This document shows, one piece after another, positions 34,601-44,717 of a DNA stretch of 64,000 bases (position 1 is the first letter of the stretch; every line of letters starts with the position of its first letter). Under the pieces are notes generated by a model. It saw nothing but the letters and a program-made list of their open reading frames with translations, was not told where the DNA came from and searched no databases. The DNA is taken from IMG/VR virus record IMGVR_UViG_2888055400_000002, positions 1-64,000 of that record; one strand, given 5' to 3'. The stretch comes from a virus. Lineage: Duplodnaviria; Caudoviricetes. The position numbers were made by a program, and so were the translations under genes.

Positions 34601-36813
34601 AAGGCTTAAAAGATTCAGCGGACCACATGAATAATAAGGATGGAAATAACACAGTTATTAATGGCGTACTGACTGGCATGAAAATCAATAACCTCTTTAA
34701 CAAAGGTAGGAATTTTGTGAGTTGGCTGAGTGGCAATACAGGGGAAAGGGGCAATATCAGCAAAGGACTGAGTAGCCCATTAGGAGGGGTGGGGGGCTCC
34801 ACCAAGGATGCTCTTGCCAATATGGCTGATGTTTCTGCTAGCGTAACCGTGGGCTTTAAGACAGAGAAAGCAGAAGCCTCTTTTCAAACCTCCACGGCGG
34901 TGACAGGAACAATGGAAGCAGGGCGTTCTGTTAACATGCAAGCCCACAAAGGCAGCATCCATGATATTGGAGGTGACATTATCGCCGGTACCAATCCTGT
35001 TTATGCAAATGATGAGCAGAGTGGAAATATCAACTTAGAAGCAGGGAAAGATATCACCTTTGAAAGTGCACAAACCACGCAAAGCACACAAAACCACAAT
35101 GAAAGCGCCTCGGTAAATGTTGGGTATAGCTATGGTACCGGTGGTGCTGGGGGAACAGGCAATGCTTCCTTTAGTCAAGGGGAAGGCTCCAGTGAGGAAG
35201 TTCAACACAAAAACAGCCATCTTAGTGGCACCGGTACTGTTCACACCAACAGTGGAGGAAACACCACATTTGCGGGGGCCGTGGTTTTGGGAGACCATGT
35301 AGAGATGAATGTTGGTGGTGATTTGACCATTACCAGCCGCAGTGATACGGGTCAAACCTCTAACAAGCAGAAATCTGCTTCTGTTGGGTTTGGTGGCAGC
35401 AAAAGTTTTGATGCAGGCTCAACAAGCTTCTCCTTACAAAAGGATCAATCCTCCAGCGATTATCACAGTGTTGTGGAGCAATCAGGCATCAAAGCGGGTG
35501 ATGGCGGTTTTAAGATCAACGTTAAAGATAAAACAACCCTGACTGGGGGGCTGATTGCCAGCACCGCGTCGCCAGACAAAAACAGCCTGACCACAGGAAG
35601 CATCAGTACCAGTGACATCACCAACAGTGCGAGTGCACAAGCCAGCAGCCATGGTTTTAGCCTTTCTGGGAACGACACGATAAAAAACATTGCCAAAAAT
35701 GCTTTAAGTCATGGGAAAGCCAAGGATGCGGCGGACGGGGAAACCAAATCCGCCATCAGTGATGGCACCATCATCTTAACCGATGCAACCAACCAGAGGG
35801 CGATGGGGCAAGATGCTGGACAAATCATTGATGCCCTCAACCGCAACACCGCAGCAGCCCACCAAGCGGTAGTGCCGCTGGATACCACATCGCTTGAGGG
35901 AGCAGTGCATAATCGCCTCGATATGATCAATGATTTATCAGATGAAGGATTTGGATACCTTGGTAAAATTTATAAAATCTCATATGTCAAAGAGCATTTT
36001 GAGGGTGAGGTTTTGCATGATGAAAATGGCAATGTCATCTATGCAACAGATAAAAATGGGATCCCTATAAGAGATAGCTATGGAAGAAAAATACCTCTGT
36101 ATCATTATTTAACGCCAGAGGAAGAGAAGCATTTACAAAAAGGCTCTGATGGCAACCGGCATATGTTCTACAATGGAATTCGCACCTCACCAGATGACGC
36201 TGCGCGCTATGCTGTCCAGTTTGCTGATAATGATCATGATCCCCTTTATTTTACAGTTTTTCCACAAGCTGAAGACAAGCTCGTAGAGTTAGGGGTAGCG
36301 GTTTTTCAGAAGTTCCTAGAAGGTAGAGTTTTTTTTGGATTAACCAATTCAACAAAGAAGTTCCAGAATTTTCTATCTCTCTATGGCAATGATGGAGCGA
36401 TTGTTGATGCGCATAGCCGTGGTAGCTTGACAGTAGGCAATGGAATGCGTGACTTTAAAAAACGTGGCGTCCACGATATAGCAGAAAACACAAGTGTTAA
36501 TCTTTTTGGTCCAGCTTTTAACGCTCAAGACATGGCAAATACGTTATATATCTTAAGTAATGGCAAGCAAACCTATGTGAACTTGGAAAACCATAAATAT
36601 GACTTTGTTGGCGGATGGTTAGCTGGTCACAATCCTTATACCTTTGACAAAGTACCCGCTGGTAATGGTCCTTGGAAAGAGGGGGGGAAAATAATATTTA
36701 GTTATCCCAGTCCCCATGCTTGTTATGGGCATGCGGATAAATCATGTACATCGCGCTATGGTTCACCTCATCGTATAAAAGTTCATTCAACTTCTACAGG
36801 GAGGAAAAAATGA
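28681..36813 (+). CDS. fhaB: Filamentous haemagglutinin / CdiA-like TpsA exoprotein (2710 aa) with an alpha/beta-hydrolase-like C-terminus
   Basis: TPS domain (NPHL, ILNEV, NPNGISCDGCGFIN), FHA repeats, YETR..YGSAYYL..LGDAYFE, C-terminal AHSRGS. Confidence 0.93.
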   Translation: MRYEKRANRAALLGVLVSSTMLKKVFLGGIGFSCLLAPSVVQAQITSDPNAGSAYRPDIVAAPNGVPSIDIVTPNGKGLSHNKYYDFNIGNLGVIFNNHAQEVGQSQLGGIMPGNPHLRFTGSAKVILNEVTSGKRSALNGPAEVFGRQADVIIANPNGISCDGCGFINTPHATLTTGVPEIDASGFLKGFEVRGGDITFGAKGANFFSGKGAVDIVDIVSRTVHFEGAVAGKDIGVSAGTGHFDYASRQMKELTDITGKPEYAIDGSALGALQADQIKLVATEQGVGVRMRHDMAANAGQLQLSADGKISLKNVFGHGGVVLQSKSKSVLAKSVTSKKHIEIAAKKDVTLEMVGADGDLKVEAQGGLLSIAGKATSGGNMELFSLDAMKVSGLGSGADIALEAGGDLKLEGVVLAEGNLKAHAGGDIQAGLLAGGVDMAATGAAGVVVLGAQGDVDLQSVGGRINAANIYGAGDVTLVSYDGLFVSQSILSHQNVAIHAQLNTNAPVHFGQVLAYGKANIEGGAVDFASLMTGGDAVLTVGSLDAGTLMTGLDFVSSQVSPSNPSGALVFYDKGSLSITAQRGIKVEHIISGGNIDLFAGDDIYYDQVIGYGTATLTSVSGGISVENVLSAKGDVRLTANTLDLSNDRSHIYTPQTLFLNADHIYVSGSTLIYGGLDFNSTNVLDIHHARLQAITTEGGTGDILFVAPGVMVDETTSVLAARDFVIKTGRLENSGQLAAGQDLAFSVTGDVTNSKTGLIYVKGNGALKVDGTVLNDFGAIIAEGDLFFTNADGTGKSLSLVNKAGFIQAGGNLNIQTNTLKNEADSTPVITEKTEYSDISFERSKGSDQLSDGMLYHDTRLNSWGKGKLSKWPVLSDTKNFIFKQQIWASKEETYGKTTLKDGTVYKAFTWEYNDNRKGIEQYSWNGDRWREGFLGLSFLNENWSHMTEETVTQEFSHKPTVSGMIESHGNLIINADSIDNHYSIIRAEGNADIHANVLTNLGATAYKNTYMHCNANTDAYCYGYQADGSRDVSLDIANGKYRQTGSEALESVPGLVQAGGTLNLVVDQLHNTAAEGSITGDAHFEAKAVGGDPLGALSGLTGAGALFTPNIALDGTAGVSDGSSLPLPKPQSGGIGGTLPNQNFLYETRAEFLDVGKFYGSAYYLNRIGYKPDREIFFLGDAYFEKQLIEKQMRDLVGQGLGKGSFIPGSDAIEQVKTLLDVGAEYAKAHNLPFGEALSKEQLASLEAPMVIYVRQQIKGMDVYAPVLYIPEKDRASFVSAGALIMGDDVNITSQNTSNSMITNSGRINANHQLHVHGGDLLSQGGHFAAGGDAVLLAEKNIRFEAGRTTVDGVETVLNTEALSTGGNASVIAKQDLTASGVKISTGGDLAMATEQGNLTIGSAETHYHDEQGDATMHHKSALNSGGSTTLVSGKDLNILGSDVQATDNLSLQAKGNVSIDATRNSANSHHGDQTSHVALHNGSHLSSGKETTVLSGKDIHMAASDIDAKGNVVLGAQGEIAIGVREDEMEYHLRANNTKVDMQALISQGSTIKSGGDTTVVAGQDGKKHDLTITGSSVAADGKVGLKASNDIVITNAEDSLHYEMSYHKDGGTFSSSKSVHNKVDAVQVSGSLISGGKGVAIDSGNNTEVVASTLIAGKAGETSGEKTPEDQAKADITIHSGGNIVIKGAQEHFDQQQQSSSSSLLHEESSDKSESHTTTVSSVLGATGNIDMEAQGDAKITASHLLSGQDINVSAEDVMIDGMTDHHSSHSEEHETGFGVGSGKGFVSIYGSEGKTQNEESFEHQGSSLNADGTLNITAKKKDVTIVGSDVEGENVHLTAAHDVNVLVGHNSHKSSSKEEREGFGIQFEKSSSSASVGVGVASAKDTGDEWETTSVQSHITAKKDVQITAGNDVTMQAADVLADRDLNIDAGNNVTLSESHDISNTQETHEKSFAGVTTTVNVGVLDTVQGLKDSADHMNNKDGNNTVINGVLTGMKINNLFNKGRNFVSWLSGNTGERGNISKGLSSPLGGVGGSTKDALANMADVSASVTVGFKTEKAEASFQTSTAVTGTMEAGRSVNMQAHKGSIHDIGGDIIAGTNPVYANDEQSGNINLEAGKDITFESAQTTQSTQNHNESASVNVGYSYGTGGAGGTGNASFSQGEGSSEEVQHKNSHLSGTGTVHTNSGGNTTFAGAVVLGDHVEMNVGGDLTITSRSDTGQTSNKQKSASVGFGGSKSFDAGSTSFSLQKDQSSSDYHSVVEQSGIKAGDGGFKINVKDKTTLTGGLIASTASPDKNSLTTGSISTSDITNSASAQASSHGFSLSGNDTIKNIAKNALSHGKAKDAADGETKSAISDGTIILTDATNQRAMGQDAGQIIDALNRNTAAAHQAVVPLDTTSLEGAVHNRLDMINDLSDEGFGYLGKIYKISYVKEHFEGEVLHDENGNVIYATDKNGIPIRDSYGRKIPLYHYLTPEEEKHLQKGSDGNRHMFYNGIRTSPDDAARYAVQFADNDHDPLYFTVFPQAEDKLVELGVAVFQKFLEGRVFFGLTNSTKKFQNFLSLYGNDGAIVDAHSRGSLTVGNGMRDFKKRGVHDIAENTSVNLFGPAFNAQDMANTLYILSNGKQTYVNLENHKYDFVGGWLAGHNPYTFDKVPAGNGPWKEGGKIIFSYPSPHACYGHADKSCTSRYGSPHRIKVHSTSTGRKK

Positions 36814-37223
36814 AAAAAGCCTTTAAATTATCCAGTGCGATAGTTCTGTTTATTATAGCTGGGTGTAATTTTTTTAAGCCTTCTCCAGGTTACTTATATA
36901 TGTGGGAGAAACCGGGGGCAGATTTTACTGAAGTAGGAAAAGCTTTGTTGGAATGCGGAATGCCAACACCTTATGATGTCGATCCAGAAAATAGAAAGCT
37001 TAGTGTTAATGAGGATGCAACAATTTATGCTTGCATGATCCAAGCAGGATTCCGCTATAAAGATGAAGAGGTGTCGAGGGCTGGAGGATGGTGTTATACA
37101 TTTAAAGAGGAAAACCTACCCATTTGTCGTCCAGGGGCTATCATTCCGCAACGAAGTGTCAAGAAGCGCTTAAATAGCCCTTTTTGTAAAAAATATAAAA
37201 ATGCACCTGAATGCCAACCTTAA
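36810..37223 (+). CDS. Cys-rich lipoprotein, putative cognate immunity protein 1
   Basis: ATGA overlap with the fhaB stop; lipobox IAGC; WEKPGADF..ALLECG..CMIQAGF..C..LPIC..SPFC..EC. Confidence 0.8.
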   Translation: MKKAFKLSSAIVLFIIAGCNFFKPSPGYLYMWEKPGADFTEVGKALLECGMPTPYDVDPENRKLSVNEDATIYACMIQAGFRYKDEEVSRAGGWCYTFKEENLPICRPGAIIPQRSVKKRLNSPFCKKYKNAPECQP

Positions 37224-37460
37224 GTCTTGCTTGTGATGATCAACAATCCGCCATCCTTGCCTTCGCTTGGACTGGCGGGATTGTTTTCTTAATCCACCAT
37301 CTCAATTTAGTCCTACCTGTCTTAAACACAGTATAGATAGAAAATATCAACAGGCTTTTGAGCTTTTTTATCGTAAATAAATCCATTGAAAGAGGGGAAA
37401 AATGAAGAAAACTTTAAAACTATTGAGTTGCATGGCTCTGTTAAGTATCGCTGGATGTGT
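37209..37460 (+). repeat. Conserved inter-cassette repeat (terminator, promoter/RBS, signal peptide start); copies at about 39874-40130 and a partial copy at 45097-45190
   Basis: AACAATCCGCCA...TGGCGGGATTGTT hairpin and downstream sequence near-identical between copies. Confidence 0.85.
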
Positions 37461-37761
37461 TAACTCAATTCCCTCACTTTCTCCAGCAATATGGAGAAAG
37501 AAAATACTTTTAGAATGTGGAGTACCGGATTTTGATAAGGTTGTGGCGCTAGATTTGAATCAATTTGCTAGTATTGAAATGTGTATGGCGCAATCAGGTT
37601 TTCGCCCTAGCTTTCCAATACAAGGTTGGTGTGAAAATCATAAATCCGAAAAGCTTCCCATTTGTCGTCCTGGTGCTGTCATGCCTCAACGAAGTGTTGA
37701 GAGACGTTTAAAGAGCCCTTATTGTAAAAAGCATCCAGAACAATATGAATGTAAACCTTAA
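37402..37761 (+). CDS. Orphan Cys-rich lipoprotein, putative immunity protein 2
   Basis: Lipobox IAGC; LLECG..CMAQSGF..WC..LPICRPG..SPYC. Confidence 0.78.
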   Translation: MKKTLKLLSCMALLSIAGCVNSIPSLSPAIWRKKILLECGVPDFDKVVALDLNQFASIEMCMAQSGFRPSFPIQGWCENHKSEKLPICRPGAVMPQRSVERRLKSPYCKKHPEQYECKP

Positions 37762-39481
37762 CCACAATGAAAGCGCCTCGGTAAATGTTGGGTATAGCTA
37801 TGGTACCGGTGGTGCTGGGGGAACAGGCAATGCTTCCTTTAGTCAAGGGGAAGGCTCCAGTGAAGAAGTTCACCAGAAAAACGCCCATATTAGTGGCACG
37901 GGTACTGTTCACACCAACAGTGGAGGAAACACGACACTTGCAGGGGCCGTGGTTTCTGGAGACCATGTAGAAATGGAGGTTGGGGGTGATTTGACCATTA
38001 CCAGCCGCAGTGATACGGGTCAAACCTCTAACAAGCAGAAATCAGCTTCTGTTGGTTTTGGTGGCAGCAAAAGTTTTGATGCAGGCTCAACAAGCTTCTC
38101 CTTACAAAAGGATCAATCCTCTAGTGATTATCACAGTGTTGTGGAGCAATCAGGCATCAAAGCGGGTGATGGCGGTTTTAAGATCAACGTTAAAGATAAA
38201 ACAACCCTGACCGGAGGACTGATTGCGAGCACCGCGTCGCCAGAAAAAAACAGCCTGACCACAGGAAGCATCAGTACCAGTGACATCACCAACAGTGCGA
38301 GTGCACAAGCCAGCAGCCATGGGGTTAGCGTTTCTGGGAACGACACGATAAAAAACATTGCCAAAAATGCTTTAAGTCATGGGAAAGCCAAGGATGCGGC
38401 GGACGGGGAAACCAAATCCGCCATCAGTGATGGCACCATCATCCTGACAGGTGCAACCAACCAGAGGGCGATGGGGCAAGATGCTGGACAAATCATTGAT
38501 GCCCTCAACCGCAACACCGCAGCAGCCCATCAGGCAGTAGTGCCGCTGGATGCCACATCACTTGAGGGGGTGATACATAATCGCCTCAATATGATCAATG
38601 ATTTATCAGATGAAGGATTTGGATACCTTGGTAAAATTTATAAAATCTCATATGTCAAAGAGCATTTTGAGGGTGAGGTTTTGCATGATGAAAATGGCAA
38701 TGTCATCTATGCAACAGATAAAAATGGGATCCCTATAAGAGATAGCTATGGAAGAAAAATACCTCTGTATCATTATTTAACGCCAGAGGAAGAGAAGCAT
38801 TTACAAAAAGGCTCTGATGGCAACCGGCATATGTTCTACAATGGAATTCGCACCTCACCAGATGACGCTGCGCGCTATGCTGTCCAGTTTGCTGATAATG
38901 ATCATGATCCCCTTTATTTTACAGTTTTTCCACAAGCTGAAGACAAGCTCGTAGAGTTAGGGGTAGCGGTTTTTCAGAAGTTCCTAGAAGGTAGAGTTTT
39001 TTTTGGATTAACCAATTCAACAAAGAAGTTCCAGAATTTTCTATCTCTCTATGGCAATGATGGAGCGATTGTTGATGCGCATAGCCGTGGTAGCTTGACA
39101 GTAGGCAATGGAATGCGTGACTTTAAAAAACGTGGCGTCCACGATATAGCAGAAAACACAAGTGTTAATCTTTTTGGTCCAGCTTTTAACGCTCAAGACA
39201 TGGCAAATACGTTATATATCTTAAGTAATGGCAAGCAAACCTATGTGAACTTGGAAAACCATAAATATGACTTTGTTGGCGGATGGTTAGCTGGTCACAA
39301 TCCTTATACCTTTGACAAAGTACCCGCTGGTAATGGTCCTTGGAAAGAGGGGGGGAAAATAATATTTAGTTATCCCAGTCCCCATGCTTGTTATGGGCAT
39401 GCAGATGAAAGGTGTCGACAAGCTTACGGAGCCTCTCATCGTATAAAAGTTCATTCAACTTATACAGGGAGGAAAAAATGA
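37760..39481 (+). pseudogene. Orphan fhaB 3' fragment (toxin module 2), no TPS domain or signal peptide
   Basis: Near-identical to fhaB 35092-36813; starts at the lipoprotein-2 stop codon. Confidence 0.85.
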
Positions 39482-39888
39482 AAAAAGCCTTTAAATTATT
39501 AACTGTAATAGTTTTGTTAATTATTGCTGGATGTGAGGATTTTTTCAAGCCTCCTCTAGGTAACGTATATGGGTGGGAGAAGCCAGGTGCAGATTTTACT
39601 GAAGTAGGAAAGGCATTGTTAGAATGCGGAATGCCGAGTCCTGAATATCTTGATAGAGAAAATAGGCGCTTGAGCTATAATGATAGTGCAACAATTTATG
39701 CTTGCATGATCCAAGCAGGATTCCGTGATAAACTTAAAAAAGAGGTGGGAACTTGGTGTGAGAATTTTAAAGCCGAAAATCTCCCCATATGTCGACCAGG
39801 CGCTGTCATCCCAAAACGAAGTGTCAAAAAGCGCTTGAATAGCCCGTTTTGTAAAAGAAGTCCTGTGCAGCCTGAATGCCAACCTTAA
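39478..39888 (+). CDS. Cys-rich lipoprotein, putative immunity protein 3
   Basis: ATGA overlap; lipobox IAGC; same Cys pattern with divergent variable segments. Confidence 0.8.
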   Translation: MKKAFKLLTVIVLLIIAGCEDFFKPPLGNVYGWEKPGADFTEVGKALLECGMPSPEYLDRENRRLSYNDSATIYACMIQAGFRDKLKKEVGTWCENFKAENLPICRPGAVIPKRSVKKRLNSPFCKRSPVQPECQP

Positions 39889-40070
39889 GTCTTGCTGCTG
39901 ATCACAATCAACAATCCGCCATCCTTGCCTTTGCTTGGACTGGCGGAATTGTTTCCTTAATTCACCATCTCAATTTAGTCCTAACCTGTCTTAAACACAG
40001 TATAGACAGAAAATATCAACAGGCTTTTGAGCTTTTTTATCGTAAATAAATCCATTGAAAGAGGGGAAAA

Positions 40071-40550
40071 ATGAAGAAAACTTTAAAACTATTGAGTTGC
40101 ATGGCTCTGTTAAGTACAGCTGGATGTCAGTTGGGAACTCCTCCCCCATCAACGTTGGCTTTATGGGAAAAGTCTGGAACAGATCGGGCTGTAATCGAAC
40201 AATCACTTTTAAAATGTGGCTGGAAACCAGTTTATGCTTCTTCTAGTGATATGAATGCCTATGCAAGTGAATTTGCCTCAGTTTATGAGTGCATGAAAAA
40301 AGCAGGTTATCGATATAAATTGCAGGATTCAAAGGGGATTTATTTTACACAACCTCCGAAAAGTGACTCGTTCCTAACCGATCTCATGATAGCTGGATAT
40401 CAGAAATTTATGGACAATGATACTTTTGGTGTCAGCAATACGACCAGAAAAGAACGGGCTATGATAGCGCATTTTGAAAATGAAAGAAAACGTCAACAAA
40501 CGAAAAAATCTTTGCAAAAGCGATCATCAAAGCGTCCTACTCATTCTTAA
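40071..40550 (+). CDS. Orphan lipoprotein, divergent putative immunity protein 4
   Basis: Lipobox TAGC; WEKSG..LLKCG..CMKKAGYRY; unrelated C-terminus. Confidence 0.7.
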   Translation: MKKTLKLLSCMALLSTAGCQLGTPPPSTLALWEKSGTDRAVIEQSLLKCGWKPVYASSSDMNAYASEFASVYECMKKAGYRYKLQDSKGIYFTQPPKSDSFLTDLMIAGYQKFMDNDTFGVSNTTRKERAMIAHFENERKRQQTKKSLQKRSSKRPTHS

Positions 40551-40606
40551 AGAGAGAGTTGGACAAAAAGCACGAATGATGAAGGGAGTCAAAATAGTGC
40601 CCTTCT

Positions 40607-43600
40607 TATTCAAGCGGGTGGCACGTTGAATTTGGTGGTCGATCAACTCCGTAACACGGCAGCGGAAGGTTCGATTACAGGAGATGCGCATTTTGAGGCA
40701 AAAGCCGTTGGGGGGATCAGCACCGGGGGTGATCTTGCCATGGCCACAGAACAAGGTGATTTGACGATAGGATCAGCAGAAACCCATTACCATGATGAAC
40801 AGGGTGATGCCACCATGCATCATAAATCTGCGTTAAACTCTGGAGGATCGACGACACTTCTTTCTGGAAAAGATTTGAATATCTTAGGCTCTGATGTTCA
40901 ATCCCATGATGATTTGAACTTAAAAGCTGAGAGGAATATTTCGATTGATGCCACGCGCAACAGTGCCAATAGCCATCACGGGGATCAAACCTCTCATGTT
41001 GCCTTACACAATGGCTCTCATTTAAGTTCTGGAAAAGAGACCACGGTTCTCTCTGGAAAAGATATTCATATGGCTGCTTCCGATATAGATGCCAAGGGCA
41101 ATGTTGTTCTTGGTGCACAAGGGGAGATAGCGATAGGGGTGAGAGAAGATGAAATGGAGTATCATCTTCGCGCCAACAACACCAAAGTCGATATGCAAGC
41201 CTCGATTTCCTAGGGATCAACAATAAAATCTGGAGGCGATACCACTGTCGTTGCAGGGCAGGATGGAAAGAAGCATGATCTTACCATCACAGGTAGTTCT
41301 GTTGCGGCTGATGGCAAGGTGGGGCTGAAAGCCAGCAATGATATTGTGATCACCAATGCAGAGGATAGCTTACATTATGAGATGTCGTACCATAAAGACG
41401 GGGGAACATTTAGTAGCAGCAAATCTGAGCATAACAAGATTGATGCTACCCAAGTTTCCGGTTCACTCATATCTGGGGGCAAAGGCGTTGCCATTGACTC
41501 AGGAAACAACACGGAAGTTGTAGCCTCGACGCTCATAGCCGGTAAGGCAGAGGAAGCATCAGGAGAGAAAACACCAGAAGATCAGAAACAAGCGGATATT
41601 ACCATTCACTCTGGTGGAAATATTGTTATCAAAGGCGCCCAAGAACATTTTGATCAGCAACAGCAATCCTCGTCAAGTAGCCTTTTGCACGAGGAATCTT
41701 CAGATAAATCTGAATCGCACACCACAACGGTTTCCTCTGTTCTGGGGGCAACGGGCAACATTATCACACAATCAGACAAAGAGACCACAATCACTGCTTC
41801 TCATATGTTTGCAAATGAAGATATTCATGTGACGGGAGAAAATGTGACGATTGATGGCATGACGGACCACCATAGCAGCCATTCACAGACCCATGAAACA
41901 GGTTTTGGTGTGGGATCAGGCAAGGACTTTGTATCGATCTACGGGAGTGAGGGAAAGACAGAAAATGAAGAAAGTTTTGAGCATCAAGGCTCTTCTCTCA
42001 ATGGAAAAAATATCACCATCACGGCCACCAAAAAAGATGTGAATGTGGTGGGCTCTGATTTTACTGCGCAAGAAAATATTCATGTTTCGGCAGCCCATGA
42101 TATCAATGTTTCACCTGGTCACAATAGCCATAAGTCAAACAGCCAAGAAGAGCGGGAAGGTTTTGGCTTTCAGTTTGAAAAGAGCAAAAGTGGTGCCTCT
42201 GTCGGTGTCGGGATTGCCAGCGCGAAAGACACAGGGGACCAATGGGAAAATACCAATACACCATCTAATTTTAAAGCGGGCAAAGATGTACAGTTTAGTG
42301 CCGATCATGATGTGAATTTACAAGCGACAAATGTTTTGGCAAATCGTGATGTCAACATTGATGCTGGCAATACTATCACACTATCAGAAAGCTATGATAC
42401 CTCTAACGCAAAAGAAAAGCACGAAAAGTCTTTTGCTGGTGTGACAGGCTCTGTCAATGTTGGGGCTCTTGGTACCGTACAGGGCATTAAAGATGCAGTA
42501 AAGCAAGCTAAAAATAAGGATGACAAACACCATATTGCCAATGGTCTTATTGCTGGTCTAAAAGGCTATAATCTCTTTACCAAAGGCAAAAGTTTTTTCA
42601 ATTTTCTGACTGGTAACACAGGAGAAAGGGGCAACACCGCAAGAGCTCAGGGCAATGTAGCAGGAAATTTGGCTGGCTCTACCAAGGATGCTCTTGCCAA
42701 TATGGCTGATGCTTCTGCGAGTGTGACTGTGGGCTTTAAGACAGAGAAAGCGGAAGCCTCTTCTCAAACCTCCACGGCGGTAACAGGAACAATGGAAGCA
42801 GGGCGTTCTGTTAACATGCAAGCCCACAAAGGCAGTATTCATGGTGTTGGAGCTGACATTATCGCCGGTACCAATCCAGTCTACGCATTAAACAATGATG
42901 AGCAGAGTGGAAATATCACCTTGGAAGCAGGAAAAGATATTACCTTTGAAAGTGCACAAAACACGCAAAGCACACAAAACCACAATGAAAGCGCCTCGGT
43001 AAATGTTGGGTATAGCTATGGTACCGGTGGTGCTGGGGGAACAGGCAATGCTTCCTTTAGTCAAGGGGAAGGCTCCAGTGAGGAAGTTCAACACAAAAAC
43101 AGCCATCTTATTGGCACAGGCACTGTTCACACCAACAGTGGAGGAAACACCACACTTGCGGGGGCAGAGGTTTCTGGAGACCATGTAGAGATGAATGTTG
43201 GGGGAGATTTGACCATTACCAGCCGCAGTGATACGGGTCAAACCTCTAACAAGCAGAAATCTGCTTCTGTTGGGTTTGGTGAGAGCAAAAGTTTTGATGC
43301 AGGCTCAACAAGCTTCTCCTTACAAAAGGATCAATCCTCTAGTGATTATCACAGTGTTGTGGAGCAATCAGGCATCAAAGCGGGTGATGGCGGTTTTAAG
43401 ATCAACGTTAAAGATAAAACAACACTGACTGGGGGGCTGATTGCGAGCACCGCGTCGCCAGACAAAAACAGCCTGACCACAGGAAGCATCAGTACCAGTG
43501 ACATCACCAACAGTGCCCATGCTAAAGCCAGTAGCCATGGGGTTAATGTTTCTGGTGGCGGTGTTTTGCAACAGGGGAAATATGGCGTCATAAAAAACGT

Positions 43601-44717
43601 GGCTAAAAATGCTTTAAGTCATGGAAAAGCCAAGGATGCAGCGGAAGGGGAAACCAAATCTGCTATCAGTGATGGGACTATCATCCTTACTGATACAACT
43701 GGACAGAGGGCGATGGGGCAAGATGCTGGACAAATCATTGATGCCCTCAACCGCAACACCGCAGCAGCCCACCAGGCTGTAGCACCGCTGGATGTAGCAC
43801 TGCTTGAGGGAGCCGTGCATAATCGCTTAGACATGATCAATGATTTATCGGATGAAGGATTTGAAATCGCTGGTCAGGGCTTTGTAAACATGTTTATCAA
43901 AGAGCATTATCTGGCTACCGTTGAGCACGATGAAAATGGCAATGTGATCTATGCAAAAGATGAAAATGGGAAATATATAAAAGACAGCCATGGAAACCCA
44001 CAGCCACAATATCATTATTTAACGCCTGAGGAACAGCAGAATTTACAAAAAGGTTCTGATGGCAAGGTTCATGTTTTCCTCAATGGTATTCTTACAACAC
44101 CCGATGAAGCAGCCCATAATGCGGTTCAGTTGGTTGATAACAAGAATGATCCACACTATTTTCTGATGTTTCCCCATAGCGATTCGCTCTTGGTAGAAGG
44201 GGTTATTGCAGGGTATCAGTATTTTTTAGAAGGTAATTTGGGTGGTCTGACCAATTCGGCAAAGAAGTACCAGAATCTGTTGTATAGCTTTGGCAATAAA
44301 GGATTGCATGTTGATGCCCATAGCCGCGGCAGTATGACAGCGGGTAATGGATCGTATAATTTAGCAAAGCAGGGTGTTCACGGTATAGCAAAGGAAACAA
44401 CGATTAATTTTTTTGGACCAGCTTTTAATACTCAAGACATGGCAGATACGTTATATATCTTAAGTGATGGCAAGCAGGATTATGTTAATTTGGAAAATCA
44501 TAAATATGACTTTGTTGGTGTAAAGATTGGCAAAAATCCTTATACCTTTGAACAAATACCCCCTGGAAGTGGTCCCTGGAAAGAAGCAGGGCAAATATTT
44601 AAGGGCTACCCCAGTGTCCATGCTTGTTATGGTCATCCGAGTGATGCTTGTACAAAGTTCTATGGTTTGCCTAATCGTACGCCAATTTATTCAAAATATT
44701 CAGGGAGGAAAAAATGA
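40607..44717 (+). pseudogene. Orphan fhaB remnant (toxin module 3) with an internal deletion, a CAG-to-TAG stop at 41211 and a divergent C-terminal domain
   Basis: Matches fhaB from about 31855, jumps to about 32835; ATTTCC-TAG-GGATCA versus ATTTCC-CAG-GGATCA; ORF 41319-44717 diverges after DLSDEGF. Confidence 0.85.

Noticed and set aside
37745-37761. ATG at 37745 as a real start for the 578-aa orphan toxin ORF
   Set aside because: It lies inside the upstream lipoprotein gene without an obvious RBS, and the product would lack signal peptide and TPS domain; treated as a silent orphan module
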